From positions 768,001 through 832,000 of the forward strand of contig OY970323.1 in the NCBI GenBank assembly GCA_963716985.1: a DNA stretch of 64,000 bases. Direction: 5' to 3'. The stretch is from an uncultured bacterium (lineage in GTDB: Bacteria > Chlamydiota > Chlamydiia > Chlamydiales > SM23-39). Shown here in pieces: positions 47,592 through 57,406 of the stretch; the first letter of the stretch is position 1; each line of letters opens with the position of its first letter. Below the pieces are notes generated by a model. The model did no database searches. It saw only the letters and a list, made by a program, of their open reading frames with translations, and had not been told where the DNA came from. A program made the translations under genes and the position numbers.

Positions 47592-49579
47592 TTTTTATGT
47601 AACCGAAGCTGATTTAACCGCTCTAATCTACTGATTTCGAGTTTTTTAAACCACTCGTCTTTGGAAAGGTTTTTGTACGCCGTTTCAGCAAAAAATTCCG
47701 CTTTTGTGGAGTAGATTTCGGCGAGCTCTTCACAAACCAAACCCCGCGCGGTATCGAGCACCTCTTTTGGCATGTCCAGTTCATTGCGTTTCATCATGGA
47801 GTCATATTCATTATCCAGCGCGAGTAAGATATCTAAGGCTTCGTTGCTTCGATTTAGCAAACGCAATGCTCGAGCGACCGCCCATTTTGCCACCCTTACA
47901 TTAGGAAGATATCCTTCCATTTCTCGAAACTTTTGTGCCTGCTGCAAGGTAGTTAGCGCCTTTTCGTATTGCCGGGCTTCTATGTAGGCCTGCCCCAGGT
48001 TATTATATAACGAACCTACCCAAGCTTGAGCGCGCCTGATCTTGGACTTTTCAGCCAATTCGATGGCGTGAAGATTCCATGCGATCTTTTCTTCGGGCGT
48101 AACGGCTACGATGGCGATCATATGAGCAGCATTACAGGTATGATAATCAAAATGATGCGCTGCACTGAGATCAAAAGATTGCTTAAACAAAGGAAGGGCC
48201 GCCTCATTATTTCCTGCTTGCATCCACACCCGTCCGCGCTCTAGAAGAATGCGTACCCGAGCGAGATGATCTTGAGACGTTAAAAATTTTTCGGCGGCGT
48301 TGAGAGTCTCATGCGCAGCATCAAATTTCTTTTGCATCGCTTGAGCCAATGCGATCTGCGACATGATTTGTATATAGATCGACTTATTTTCTAAGGCAAA
48401 AGCTTGAGGCAGAAGCTCTTTTAGGTTTTTTTCAATTTGAGCGGGATCGCCCACAAAAAGTTCATCGAAGTTCTCAAGTTTTGATCGATCATCAGATAGA
48501 GGGGATTTGTTCACGTCGGGTCTCTCATTTTTTACAGAATCCGATAAGCTATTTGGATTCGAGTCTGTCGTTTTATTGTTTTCAATCATTCGTTTTACAG
48601 CTTCCACAATTATTTCTGGCTGGTGCAAAGGGATCATGTGATCGCTGTTTTCTGCAATGATCAAATTCCCGTTCGAAGATCGCGTGGCCAAATCCTGTTG
48701 AAGAAGCCTCCATGCGGGTAAGAATTTTTGGAAATACTGAACCCAAGCATCAGGCATCCCATCCGTATTAGGTGCTTGGCCGGCCGCTATTACAGTCAGT
48801 GGCAAGCTTCCAAAAGATAACTGAGCTTTTTTCAATTGTTGAAGATTGTCTGGAAAATTGAAATTTTCCTGAAAGCTCGCTCTTGCCTGCTTGGTAGTAC
48901 TTTGATGCGCAAGTATCGCATTTCTCGTCGTCTCGGGAATATTGAGCGCCTGTTCGCTGCCAGAAGAATGCACCAATAAACGATAAACTCCTAATTGGCT
49001 TGCAAATATCCAAATCCGCGGAGAGCAAAGCATTTTTTCTAACCAACTTTGCTTGGGATCTGGGGGCAGCCATTCAATGCTCTTTTCGTGAGCAGAATCC
49101 ACCAATACAAGACCGAATACTTCATTGGGATATCGTTTTGCGTATAGCTGGACATTGAGGCCGCCAAACGAGTGTCCCACGAGAATAAAGGGGGGACGTA
49201 TATTCGACCGGCTCAATAAAGCATGCAGTTCCTCAACAATTTGTTCGCTTGTTCTTGGATAAGGGCTTTCTTCGCTCCATCCATAACCTGCACGATCATA
49301 ACTGCAAACTTTTGCAAATTGGGCAATTTCCGGTTGCACAAGCGCCCATTCCAAGGAATCACATCCAAGTCCTGCATCCAACACAACTGTTGGCGTGCCG
49401 TCTCCCATGCAATGGATATGAAGTTTGTATCCGTCCATGTCGACCAATTGTCCGGGAGGAGGGTATCGTTTTTCATCGAGTTTAGTGCTAATCCATTGAT
49501 ATACAGCTCCGGTCGCGCAAATAAGAGTGACCAGACCAAGAAGACCAAGCCCGATCATTTTACACCATTTCCAAAACAT
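47588..49579 (-). CDS. Alpha/beta hydrolase fused to a TPR domain
   Basis: N-terminal TM, YDRAGYGWS, GHSFGG, SDHMI; C-terminal LERGR, SLYNNLG TPR helices. Confidence 0.85.
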   Translation of the reverse strand: MFWKWCKMIGLGLLGLVTLICATGAVYQWISTKLDEKRYPPPGQLVDMDGYKLHIHCMGDGTPTVVLDAGLGCDSLEWALVQPEIAQFAKVCSYDRAGYGWSEESPYPRTSEQIVEELHALLSRSNIRPPFILVGHSFGGLNVQLYAKRYPNEVFGLVLVDSAHEKSIEWLPPDPKQSWLEKMLCSPRIWIFASQLGVYRLLVHSSGSEQALNIPETTRNAILAHQSTTKQARASFQENFNFPDNLQQLKKAQLSFGSLPLTVIAAGQAPNTDGMPDAWVQYFQKFLPAWRLLQQDLATRSSNGNLIIAENSDHMIPLHQPEIIVEAVKRMIENNKTTDSNPNSLSDSVKNERPDVNKSPLSDDRSKLENFDELFVGDPAQIEKNLKELLPQAFALENKSIYIQIMSQIALAQAMQKKFDAAHETLNAAEKFLTSQDHLARVRILLERGRVWMQAGNNEAALPLFKQSFDLSAAHHFDYHTCNAAHMIAIVAVTPEEKIAWNLHAIELAEKSKIRRAQAWVGSLYNNLGQAYIEARQYEKALTTLQQAQKFREMEGYLPNVRVAKWAVARALRLLNRSNEALDILLALDNEYDSMMKRNELDMPKEVLDTARGLVCEELAEIYSTKAEFFAETAYKNLSKDEWFKKLEISRLERLNQLRLHKN

Positions 49580-49587
49580 GCTCCTCC

Positions 49588-50094
49588 TTATAAAGGGTGC
49601 GAATCATTTTCATTTTGATCGATAACCTTGACCATATAGAGACATGGATTGTTCTCATCCCATATGGTTTTAAACTCTTCGAGAGGAAAAAAACCATTGG
49701 CCTGATAAAAACGTCTCGTTTTTGCATAATTTTCATCTTCAATAGAAGGTGAAAGGGTCTTGACGGTTAAAAACTTGAAACCTTTTTTGCGCAGGTATTC
49801 CTCGGATTTTTCGAGCAGCGCCTTTCCAATACCTTTTCTTTGATGTTCCTTCACTACCCCCATCACAGAAATTTCCGCAGCAGAGGAGGTATGTATTTTT
49901 AAAGTGAGAAATCCAACGATCTTATTATCCATCTTTGCGGCAAAAGTGGGGAGTTTTTCTGCTTGGAGCGCATAATCCTGAATGGACTTTTCTATCTGAA
50001 ACCATTCAGGGAGTGCGTGCAAAATGTTGCTGCAAACCAATCCCTTATCTTCGATTAGCTCTTCAATTTTCATACGCCCCCTTTTGAAATTCAA
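49588..50094 (-). CDS. GNAT acetyltransferase
   Basis: LPEWF, HQRKGIGKALL, TRRFYQANGF. Confidence 0.88.
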   Translation of the reverse strand: MNFKRGRMKIEELIEDKGLVCSNILHALPEWFQIEKSIQDYALQAEKLPTFAAKMDNKIVGFLTLKIHTSSAAEISVMGVVKEHQRKGIGKALLEKSEEYLRKKGFKFLTVKTLSPSIEDENYAKTRRFYQANGFFPLEEFKTIWDENNPCLYMVKVIDQNENDSHPL

Positions 50095-50503
50095 TGAGTT
50101 CGATCAGAGCGCCATCATTAACAATCATAGCCGTTCGAACACCGCTCGATGGAGCACCAGGGGGTAACAAGACCTCTTTTCCTTTCAGCGCCTCATCCAT
50201 GTCATTCACTTCAAAAGCAATATGCGGCACTTTTCGAAGAATATCCGGAACAGGACAATCTGGTTCAAATCGCATCCATTCGATTCCGTAAGGACTTGTT
50301 TCGAATCCCATCACAAACACTTTCAAATGTTTGTGATGCGTTTCTCCAGGACGAGGATCCTCATATGGAATTCCCAGGTGATGATACTTCCATCCCCATT
50401 TTGCAACTGCAACAGGAGGTTCGTGGGATAATCGTTTATTCATGGGCAAATCCTTTCGTTTATTGAACGCAATCCAGTCTCTTGGATAGGCGCCGAATCG
50501 CAT
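50063..50503 (-). CDS. VOC/glyoxalase-family protein
   Basis: YHHLGIP, PHIAFEV, GALIELIEF; true start probably at MNKRL. Confidence 0.8.
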   Translation of the reverse strand: MRFGAYPRDWIAFNKRKDLPMNKRLSHEPPVAVAKWGWKYHHLGIPYEDPRPGETHHKHLKVFVMGFETSPYGIEWMRFEPDCPVPDILRKVPHIAFEVNDMDEALKGKEVLLPPGAPSSGVRTAMIVNDGALIELIEFQKGAYEN

Positions 50504-51272
50504 CCCATCCCAAAAGCAGAGTAAATAATATTAATGCAAGAACGCTCATTCCAAAGGGAAGATAGCCGGATGGCCCAAGCATAGCGGATCGCATTCCCTC
50601 CATCACGTACATTAACGGGTTCAACAGGGTAAGGTAGCCCGCCGTATGCGACAACCCATAGACCGCGGTCCATGAGAAAAAATAGCCCCCAAACATGTAC
50701 AAGGGATTAATCACACGCACAAAGAGATGCGAGAGGCTGCTCATTTTTTTAAAAACACTCGACAGCCACAATGCAAAAAAGCCAAACATGAGATTACTTA
50801 AAACAAAAATGATGGGAATTTTCCAGAGGCTGATTTGTCCCAAATCGAATTGAGAAAACAATAGCAACTTACCCAAGGGAAATAAGGTGAGGCTAATGAT
50901 TGACGAAAGCAAGGCCCAAGAAAGCCCGTAATAAACAAAGACCAACCAGGCAGGAATCGGCAAGGACAAGATGTACAGAATCGTTCGATATTTTTCCAAA
51001 TCGACAATCATTGAACTGACCCGTCCTATGACCTCAAAAAAACCAAAGCTGGCGATTGCTCCAACGAGAATGAAGCTACCATAGTTGGACGCAAGTCCAT
51101 ATGTGGGCAGCAAACGGCCAAAGATCAGCACGGTGATGACGAGTCCAATCGCGGCATCTAGGCATTTACCCCAAAACTGTTCCTTGAATATCCGCAAATC
51201 GCGGCGAATCAATTGAACTACCGTGAAAAAATATCTCGAATATCGAGACTTTTGAATGCTATTTTTCTTCAT
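50460..51272 (-). CDS. ABC-2 transporter permease
   Basis: Six TM helices, LLNPLMYVMEGMRSA. Confidence 0.88.
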   Translation of the reverse strand: MKKNSIQKSRYSRYFFTVVQLIRRDLRIFKEQFWGKCLDAAIGLVITVLIFGRLLPTYGLASNYGSFILVGAIASFGFFEVIGRVSSMIVDLEKYRTILYILSLPIPAWLVFVYYGLSWALLSSIISLTLFPLGKLLLFSQFDLGQISLWKIPIIFVLSNLMFGFFALWLSSVFKKMSSLSHLFVRVINPLYMFGGYFFSWTAVYGLSHTAGYLTLLNPLMYVMEGMRSAMLGPSGYLPFGMSVLALILFTLLLGWDAIRRLSKRLDCVQ

Positions 51273-52023
51273 GATCGGACTCTTGGATTAATTTGATAAA
51301 TACCTCTTCCAAACGCCCTTTTTGGTGGAGTTTCATGAGGTTGCTCGGAGTATCGATCGTTTTGACGACCCCCGCATCGATGATGCACACCCGATCCGAC
51401 AGGTACTCAGCCTCGTCTAGGTAGTGTGTTGTGAGCAAAATGGACGATCCATTTCGTTTGAGCTCGACTATTTGATCCCACAATTGATGGCGAATGTGAG
51501 GATCCAAGCCTACGGTCGGCTCATCCAAAATGATCAATTGAGGTCGATGCATGAGAGTGCGGGCAATCAAAAACCGCTGCTTGTAGCCGCCCGATAGGAC
51601 GCTGGCCTTTGCATGCGCATACTCACGCAAATGGAATTGATCCATGAGTTCGTTTACACGTTCATGGATATCGCGCTCTGTCATGAGATGATACCGGCCG
51701 GCAAACATGAGGTTGTCCGCCAGCGTCAATTCCAAATCGAGGTTTAGATTTTGCGGACAAAAGCCAACGATCGTTCGATAAGAAACGATGTCTTCATAAA
51801 TCGATCGGTTTTGATATAAAACGTCCCCAGAAGTGGGCGGATGAAGTCCCGCTACAATCGTCGATAGGGTTGTTTTTCCAGCCCCATTCACGCCGAGAAG
51901 CGAAAAAATCTCCCCTTCCTGAATGTCTAAAGAAATTCCTTTCAGAGCCTCTTTGACGTAACCCTTGCTGCGAAATTGCTTATGTATGGCCCGAATTTGA
52001 ACCAATGTGTGTGTCATAAACAC
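51259..52023 (-). CDS. ABC transporter ATP-binding protein (DrrA/NodI-like)
   Basis: GVNGAGKTT, LSGGYKQR, DEPTVGLDP, TTHYLDEAE. Confidence 0.93.
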   Translation of the reverse strand: MFMTHTLVQIRAIHKQFRSKGYVKEALKGISLDIQEGEIFSLLGVNGAGKTTLSTIVAGLHPPTSGDVLYQNRSIYEDIVSYRTIVGFCPQNLNLDLELTLADNLMFAGRYHLMTERDIHERVNELMDQFHLREYAHAKASVLSGGYKQRFLIARTLMHRPQLIILDEPTVGLDPHIRHQLWDQIVELKRNGSSILLTTHYLDEAEYLSDRVCIIDAGVVKTIDTPSNLMKLHQKGRLEEVFIKLIQESDHEEK

Positions 52024-52039
52024 CTAAAACAAAAATGTA

Positions 52040-52151
52040 TAAAAAAATCGACAAGATGGTCGAAGCGTAAAAATTCTCTAGTTAGAGAATTTTATGATGC
52101 TACCCGGTCGGCCGGGTCAGCTAAAAAGAAGTGTTAACGATCTGTTCTCAT
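52040..52151 (-). promoter_or_regulatory. Putative attenuator leader: uORF MRTDR* with three hairpins
   Basis: uORF 52151-52134; hairpins at 52102-52117, 52070-52093 and 52048-52063, the last followed by U7 on the minus strand. Confidence 0.55.
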
Positions 52152-52206
52152 ATGACACACAATATGATATGGATTGTAGCCGTTTTGCCAAATAACGGTC
52201 AATCAT

Positions 52207-53790
52207 TTACAGCGAAATTTGTCTTGTCGCGATTTTTGCGATAAATGTCTCGTCGTGAGAGATAGCCAAGATGGCCCCTGAAAAATTCAGCAGGGCAGTT
52301 TCCAGGGCTTCCAGCGTCAAAAGATCCAAATGATTGGTCGGTTCATCGAGAAGAATGACATTGGGTCTAGCCAGGATCAGGGAAAGGATCATCAAGCGTT
52401 TTCTTTGACCGGCGCTCATCGACTGAAAGGGCAGGGTCAAGAGATCGGCCCCATCTAAACCAGCTTTATGCAACTCACAGCGAATCTGAGTTTCATCGAG
52501 GCCAAATCTTTGAGATAGATAGTCCAAAGGCGTTTGATCGAAAGGCAGCATTTCGCCATCTTGATCGAGATAACCAATGCGCACTGAAGGATTGATGCGA
52601 ATAGTTCCCGTGTCTGGAACCAGTTCTTTGAGGAGACATTTTAAGAGCGTCGTTTTACCAGAGCCGTTGGGCCCTGTCACAATGAGCCGTTCGTTGGCCC
52701 TCAAGGCATTTGTTTGGTCCTGGACAACGATCTTGCCATCGAAAGATTTAGATAAATGTTCCCATTCGATAGCGATCGGCGCTGAAAACGACGAATCATG
52801 AAAAACGATCCCAGTAACGGATTTAGGGCGTGGATGAACAAGAGGATCTGCATCAATCTTCTCCAGACGGTCTTTCATCTGGTCAAGCCGATGTTTCACC
52901 GAGCGCTGGTGTGATTCGCCCCATTGGTCATATGCCATAATATTGCGGTCCTTGGGAGGAGGCGGTTTCCCCTTGGAAAATGTCGTTGCTCGAATTTGTT
53001 GAACGAGATGGGAACGCTCTTCTTGCTGCTCTTCAAACGCTCGAATTTGCTGTTCAATCAATCGATTGCGCTCTGTCACATAAAAATCATAATTGCCGCC
53101 AAACCGCGTCAATCGTTGATTTTTCAATTCGATCAATCGATTGCAGGTATCATTGATAAAACGGCGATCATGCGAAACGATAATTGTAGCGCCCTTGCGC
53201 TGCTTCAAGTGGCCTTTCAGCCAGTCAATGCTATGATGGTCGAGATGATTGGTTGGCTCGTCGAGCAGCAACAGATCTGGATTGTCTAAAAGCACTTTGG
53301 CCAGATCAACACGACGCCGTTCGCCACAGCTTAACGTGTTCAGGAAACGATCCAGGTCAATTTGTAATGATAATCCATGAACCATTTCATCGAGCGTGGA
53401 CGAATAGCCGCCTTTTCGTTCGAATTCTTCATGAAGAGCCGCCCATTGCTCCAAGATTACCGGGTCGTCCAAACCATCCTGCAGTGATTCCATCGTTTGT
53501 TCGATCTGATGCAGTGAGCTGAAAAGATATTCCCGTACCGTTTGCGTTAAAGAATCGGGAGGTTCTTGGGAAAGATATCCAATTGAAAGCTCTTTGGAAC
53601 GTTCTACCGTTCCCTCATCAGGAACATCAATCGATGCTAAAAGACGCAAAAGGGTTGTTTTTCCCGATCCATTTTCGCCGACTAAAGCAAAGCATTCGCC
53701 GCGACTGATGGACAAAGAGATACCATCGAAGATTTTCTTCGGGCCAAAAGACTTGAAAATATTACGTAAATGAATAAGAAGCTGAGACAT
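52207..53790 (-). CDS. ABC-F ribosome-associated ATPase (antibiotic-resistance ABC-F-like)
   Basis: Two ABC domains (GENGSGKTT, GPNGSGKTT), DEPTNHLD twice, FGGNYDFY, long interdomain linker, no TM. Confidence 0.9.
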   Translation of the reverse strand: MSQLLIHLRNIFKSFGPKKIFDGISLSISRGECFALVGENGSGKTTLLRLLASIDVPDEGTVERSKELSIGYLSQEPPDSLTQTVREYLFSSLHQIEQTMESLQDGLDDPVILEQWAALHEEFERKGGYSSTLDEMVHGLSLQIDLDRFLNTLSCGERRRVDLAKVLLDNPDLLLLDEPTNHLDHHSIDWLKGHLKQRKGATIIVSHDRRFINDTCNRLIELKNQRLTRFGGNYDFYVTERNRLIEQQIRAFEEQQEERSHLVQQIRATTFSKGKPPPPKDRNIMAYDQWGESHQRSVKHRLDQMKDRLEKIDADPLVHPRPKSVTGIVFHDSSFSAPIAIEWEHLSKSFDGKIVVQDQTNALRANERLIVTGPNGSGKTTLLKCLLKELVPDTGTIRINPSVRIGYLDQDGEMLPFDQTPLDYLSQRFGLDETQIRCELHKAGLDGADLLTLPFQSMSAGQRKRLMILSLILARPNVILLDEPTNHLDLLTLEALETALLNFSGAILAISHDETFIAKIATRQISL

Positions 53791-53900
53791 AAGTTTGTTC
53801 CGTAGTTAAGGTTAATGATGGAATCAAACTTATTTGCGCATGGGTGCACAGTCTCCGTAAATATATTCTTAATTATAGCATACAACGCAGTTTCACGCAA
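53789..53900 (-). promoter_or_regulatory. Promoter, uORF MRK* and start-sequestering hairpin upstream of ABC-F
   Basis: TTGCGT-17bp-TATAAT; uORF 53841-53830; 53820-53833 pairs with 53789-53801 (one bulge), covering the initiation region. Confidence 0.7.
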
Positions 53901-54065
53901 CAGCGACCGATTTTATCCATGTTTTCAATAAAATTTTTATTAACACACTCAAAGACTTGTTAAAAACATCACGCCCGACCAAACGAACCGAGTTTATTAA
54001 AATCTGCTGTTTTTAATAAAGAATGTTAAAACCGACTTCTGTATAATTACTAACAAACAACAACT

Positions 54066-55151
54066 TTGTATAAAAAATTTATGGGAACGATGCATCGCTG
54101 GCTGATATCGGTTTGCAGCATATTCTGCTGTTTTGTAAGCTGCACATCCGATCATGCGCCTCAAACGATCAATCGCAAAGATGCTGCTAATGTCGTACAA
54201 AATGCCCTTAAAATTGACGAGCCAATCATTACCGATGAAATTCTCAGTGGACATTCGGGAAATCAACTCTTTTTAGCCACTGCCGGAAACAATAAATATG
54301 TCATACGTTTTTTTAAATATCCCTCACGAGCTGGTCAAGAAATTGATTGTCAACGCATTGCTTCTGAGTTTGGGTATGGCCCTCATGTTTTTGCTGCAGA
54401 TCCCGATCAAAGTTATATTGTGATGGAATACTTACCCCAATATGCGGTAGATCAAAATCAGTTTTCATCGAGCCAGCGTTATCAAGCATTAGGGGAAGCT
54501 TTATTCAAAATGCACCACGGACCCAAATTCCCCGAAAAAGGGGACTCTATCTTTGAAGATATTCATTCACGGATTCGAAAATTGAAAAAACGAACATCTT
54601 TTGAACTGATTGCAACACGCTTAGAAGAGATGATTTTCGATATTCAGAAAAACCTTTCTTTTTTTCCGAACAACAAAGCTTCGTGTCACAATGACCTTCA
54701 TCCCGGGAACCTGATTTTTTCAGGCTCATCATTCAAAATCATTGATTTTGGAGACGCGACTCAAGACGATCCCTATTTTGATCTTGCAACGGTGATTGTG
54801 TTCAATTGTTTTCAGCCAGAGCAAGAAGAGGCAGTATTAATGTCTTATTTCAAACGTCCGATCAAGCCGGAAGAAAAAGCAAAACTGGAGTTGATGAAAC
54901 AAGCGGTTTTTATTTGTTGGGCTACTCGAGGTTTTTTAGAAAATGGCCAAGCCTATGATGAAAGAATTGAATCTAAAATTGCGTCTGAAAATTTTCAGAG
55001 TTTATTGAAAAAATCCCAGATTGGAGACGATCTTGCTAAACAAGAGGTAAAATCTCTAGCTCCCTACATTTTTTTAAGAGAAGCTGACAATCGCTTTCAA
55101 TCTCAGCACACCTATGTGAGTGAGCTATCGAATGCGCCTATCCATCATTAG
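54066..55151 (+). CDS. APH/choline-kinase-family phosphotransferase, possible lipoprotein
   Basis: HNDLHPGN, IIDFGD, DPYFDLA; N-terminal FVSC. Confidence 0.85.
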   Translation: MYKKFMGTMHRWLISVCSIFCCFVSCTSDHAPQTINRKDAANVVQNALKIDEPIITDEILSGHSGNQLFLATAGNNKYVIRFFKYPSRAGQEIDCQRIASEFGYGPHVFAADPDQSYIVMEYLPQYAVDQNQFSSSQRYQALGEALFKMHHGPKFPEKGDSIFEDIHSRIRKLKKRTSFELIATRLEEMIFDIQKNLSFFPNNKASCHNDLHPGNLIFSGSSFKIIDFGDATQDDPYFDLATVIVFNCFQPEQEEAVLMSYFKRPIKPEEKAKLELMKQAVFICWATRGFLENGQAYDERIESKIASENFQSLLKKSQIGDDLAKQEVKSLAPYIFLREADNRFQSQHTYVSELSNAPIHH

Positions 55152-55213
55152 CGAAAAATGTTAAGATTCAAAGCACAAACTAAAAAAACGATCGACGAAA
55201 AACTTTTTGAAAA

Positions 55214-56260
55214 GTGGAAGAAACGGTGAAAAAAATTTTAGAGAAAAGCAAAATTCCAGGAGTTAGCTACATCTTCAACAAGCAGGGTATCGAGCTGCCA
55301 ATTATCGATATCACGCACCCTGCTTTTGCTATAAAAATGAATGCAGAACAACTGAAGGCCGTTGTCGATAAATTCACTGTTGAGTCGAATAAATTAGAAA
55401 AAACACCTAAGTTTCTCCAGCGACTCCTTTTCTTTTTTTTCCTTCGACGCTCGATTTTGGGTCGAGGATTATTGGCTGCGGAAAAAGGCTTTTTAAGTGC
55501 CATGAACACTTATTTAATGAAAATTGGAGCGGACAATTTGGGCGCAAGCTATGCGGGAGTACTGGATCGCAAAAGAGCTCAATCCTTACCAGCTTTATCC
55601 GTCCGTCTGCGCCTTGAAGATATCGTTCATCTCTTGGTAGAGGGAACACTGCCCCTTCTGAAAGCAAAACCAAACATCCCATTGCATTTCATCAATATCG
55701 CAGGAGGTCCCGCAATTGATAGTCTCAATGCCTTGATCTTGATTCAGAAAGAAAACCCTCACCTGCTGCGCTCTCGCAGAATTGAGATGCATATCCTGGA
55801 TTTAGAAGAAGAAGGGCCTCAGTTTGGCGAACAAGCTGTCGCTGCCTTACAAATGGAAAAAAGACCCCTCGCAGGACTTGATCTTCATTTCCACTATCTA
55901 AAATATGATTGGTCCAACACAACCATGTTAACGAATTTTATAAATACCCTGTCCAACGAGCCTAAAATTGTAGTTGCTTCGTCAGAAGGCGGCCTTTTTG
56001 AGTACGGCTCAGATGAATCCATCATCGCTAATCTCAAAGCTTTGAACCATAGCGCCTCTCTCTTTGTCGGTTCCGTCGTTCGCGCTGACGGACCAACTGG
56101 TCTTTCACACGCCAAGGGGCAGAATGTTTTACAACTGTTAATTCGACTAAAGACACTTGAATCTTTCCGCACATTGGTTGAACAAGCAGGCTGGAAGATC
56201 GCACGAGTGCTCGAACAGCCCATGCATTACAACGTGACTTTGATCTCACGCAATCTTTAG
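55214..56260 (+). CDS. Hypothetical protein, possible class I SAM-dependent methyltransferase fold
   Basis: FINIAGGPA, HILDLE, SSEGGLFEY. Confidence 0.6.
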   Translation: MEETVKKILEKSKIPGVSYIFNKQGIELPIIDITHPAFAIKMNAEQLKAVVDKFTVESNKLEKTPKFLQRLLFFFFLRRSILGRGLLAAEKGFLSAMNTYLMKIGADNLGASYAGVLDRKRAQSLPALSVRLRLEDIVHLLVEGTLPLLKAKPNIPLHFINIAGGPAIDSLNALILIQKENPHLLRSRRIEMHILDLEEEGPQFGEQAVAALQMEKRPLAGLDLHFHYLKYDWSNTTMLTNFINTLSNEPKIVVASSEGGLFEYGSDESIIANLKALNHSASLFVGSVVRADGPTGLSHAKGQNVLQLLIRLKTLESFRTLVEQAGWKIARVLEQPMHYNVTLISRNL

Positions 56261-57234
56261 TTCTGAAGAGATCTCAAGAATTTTAATATTTCACGAGAGG
56301 CAATCGTGTGCACTCTCATTGCATCGGATAGAGATTTTTCCCCCACAAGGTAATCGCGGAATGGTTGATCTGTGAAGTCCATATGGACAGCACCCTGGAT
56401 GACTTGTTTATCAGAATGCGGAGAGTTGCGATGAAGCGTTTCATATTCTTCCTGCCATTGTCTCTCGAATTTTGCAAATCGTCTCATTTCAGCATCAGGA
56501 TGTTGTTCATCCTCACCGATTTTTTTTTGATAGTCGCCAATGAGCATCAGAAGAGGTTGCGGCAAAGCATCTGTTTTTTCTGCACCGCCTTTTAAAGAAC
56601 CATCCAAATTCACACATCCTAAAATCGCTGGGTCGCTTCTAGAGACCATAATCGAAGCTGCCCCTCCCAAAGAATGACCCATTAATATGATTCTGTTCGG
56701 ATCGCCAGTAATCTTTAATGCTCCATTTCGGACCCTGTTAAGCACATATTGGATATTCTTCACCATCACAGCGGCAAGCTCGTCTGTTCGTGCTTCTGCT
56801 TGCTCTAGGGAGGCCCATTCTTCATCTTCAGCACTCGATGGATGAGTTAAGCTTAAAACTGTATACCCGTGACTGGCCAACTCTCCCAAAAAAGGTCTGT
56901 ATTTACCGGGCTGTCCAAATCCGTGAGAAAAAATCAGTATTGGGGGGTTCTCATCGTCAGTGGCTGCAGCAAAAATTTCGATGTCGATACATGGGTCCGT
57001 TTTAAGACTTTTCGGCGGGTTTAGAGATGCGCTGGTAATGCATACAATATTCCGTCCTGTGAAATTGGTTGCTATCTGAGAGAAGTGCTTAGCTGCATAT
57101 TTAGCTCGTTCTAGCGACCGCCTCGCTACTTCGTTGCAAACTGATTCCAAATGAGCCTTCATCGAAATGTGCGGCAATGTTGGATCATATAGAACAACAG
57201 CTGTCTCTGTAACGGGACTTAAAAATGACGTCAT
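56257..57234 (-). CDS. Alpha/beta hydrolase (PAF-acetylhydrolase-like) with novel N-terminal leader
   Basis: IFSHGFG, LASHGY, GHSLGG, NLDGS, HMDFTD; start refined to ATG 57234. Confidence 0.85.
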   Translation of the reverse strand: MTSFLSPVTETAVVLYDPTLPHISMKAHLESVCNEVARRSLERAKYAAKHFSQIATNFTGRNIVCITSASLNPPKSLKTDPCIDIEIFAAATDDENPPILIFSHGFGQPGKYRPFLGELASHGYTVLSLTHPSSAEDEEWASLEQAEARTDELAAVMVKNIQYVLNRVRNGALKITGDPNRIILMGHSLGGAASIMVSRSDPAILGCVNLDGSLKGGAEKTDALPQPLLMLIGDYQKKIGEDEQHPDAEMRRFAKFERQWQEEYETLHRNSPHSDKQVIQGAVHMDFTDQPFRDYLVGEKSLSDAMRVHTIASREILKFLRSLQN

Positions 57235-57406
57235 AATTATTTCAGTATGAGCAATATTCAACTATTTTCTATTATTATTTTACCATTTTTAAATTAACAT
57301 TTCAACCCACAATGCCACTATTGTGCGCCTAATTGCTTAATAATTTGACAATTAAGGCGTTATATTGTAAAATTATAATTAATAGACATAATAATTTGGA
57401 GTTAAA

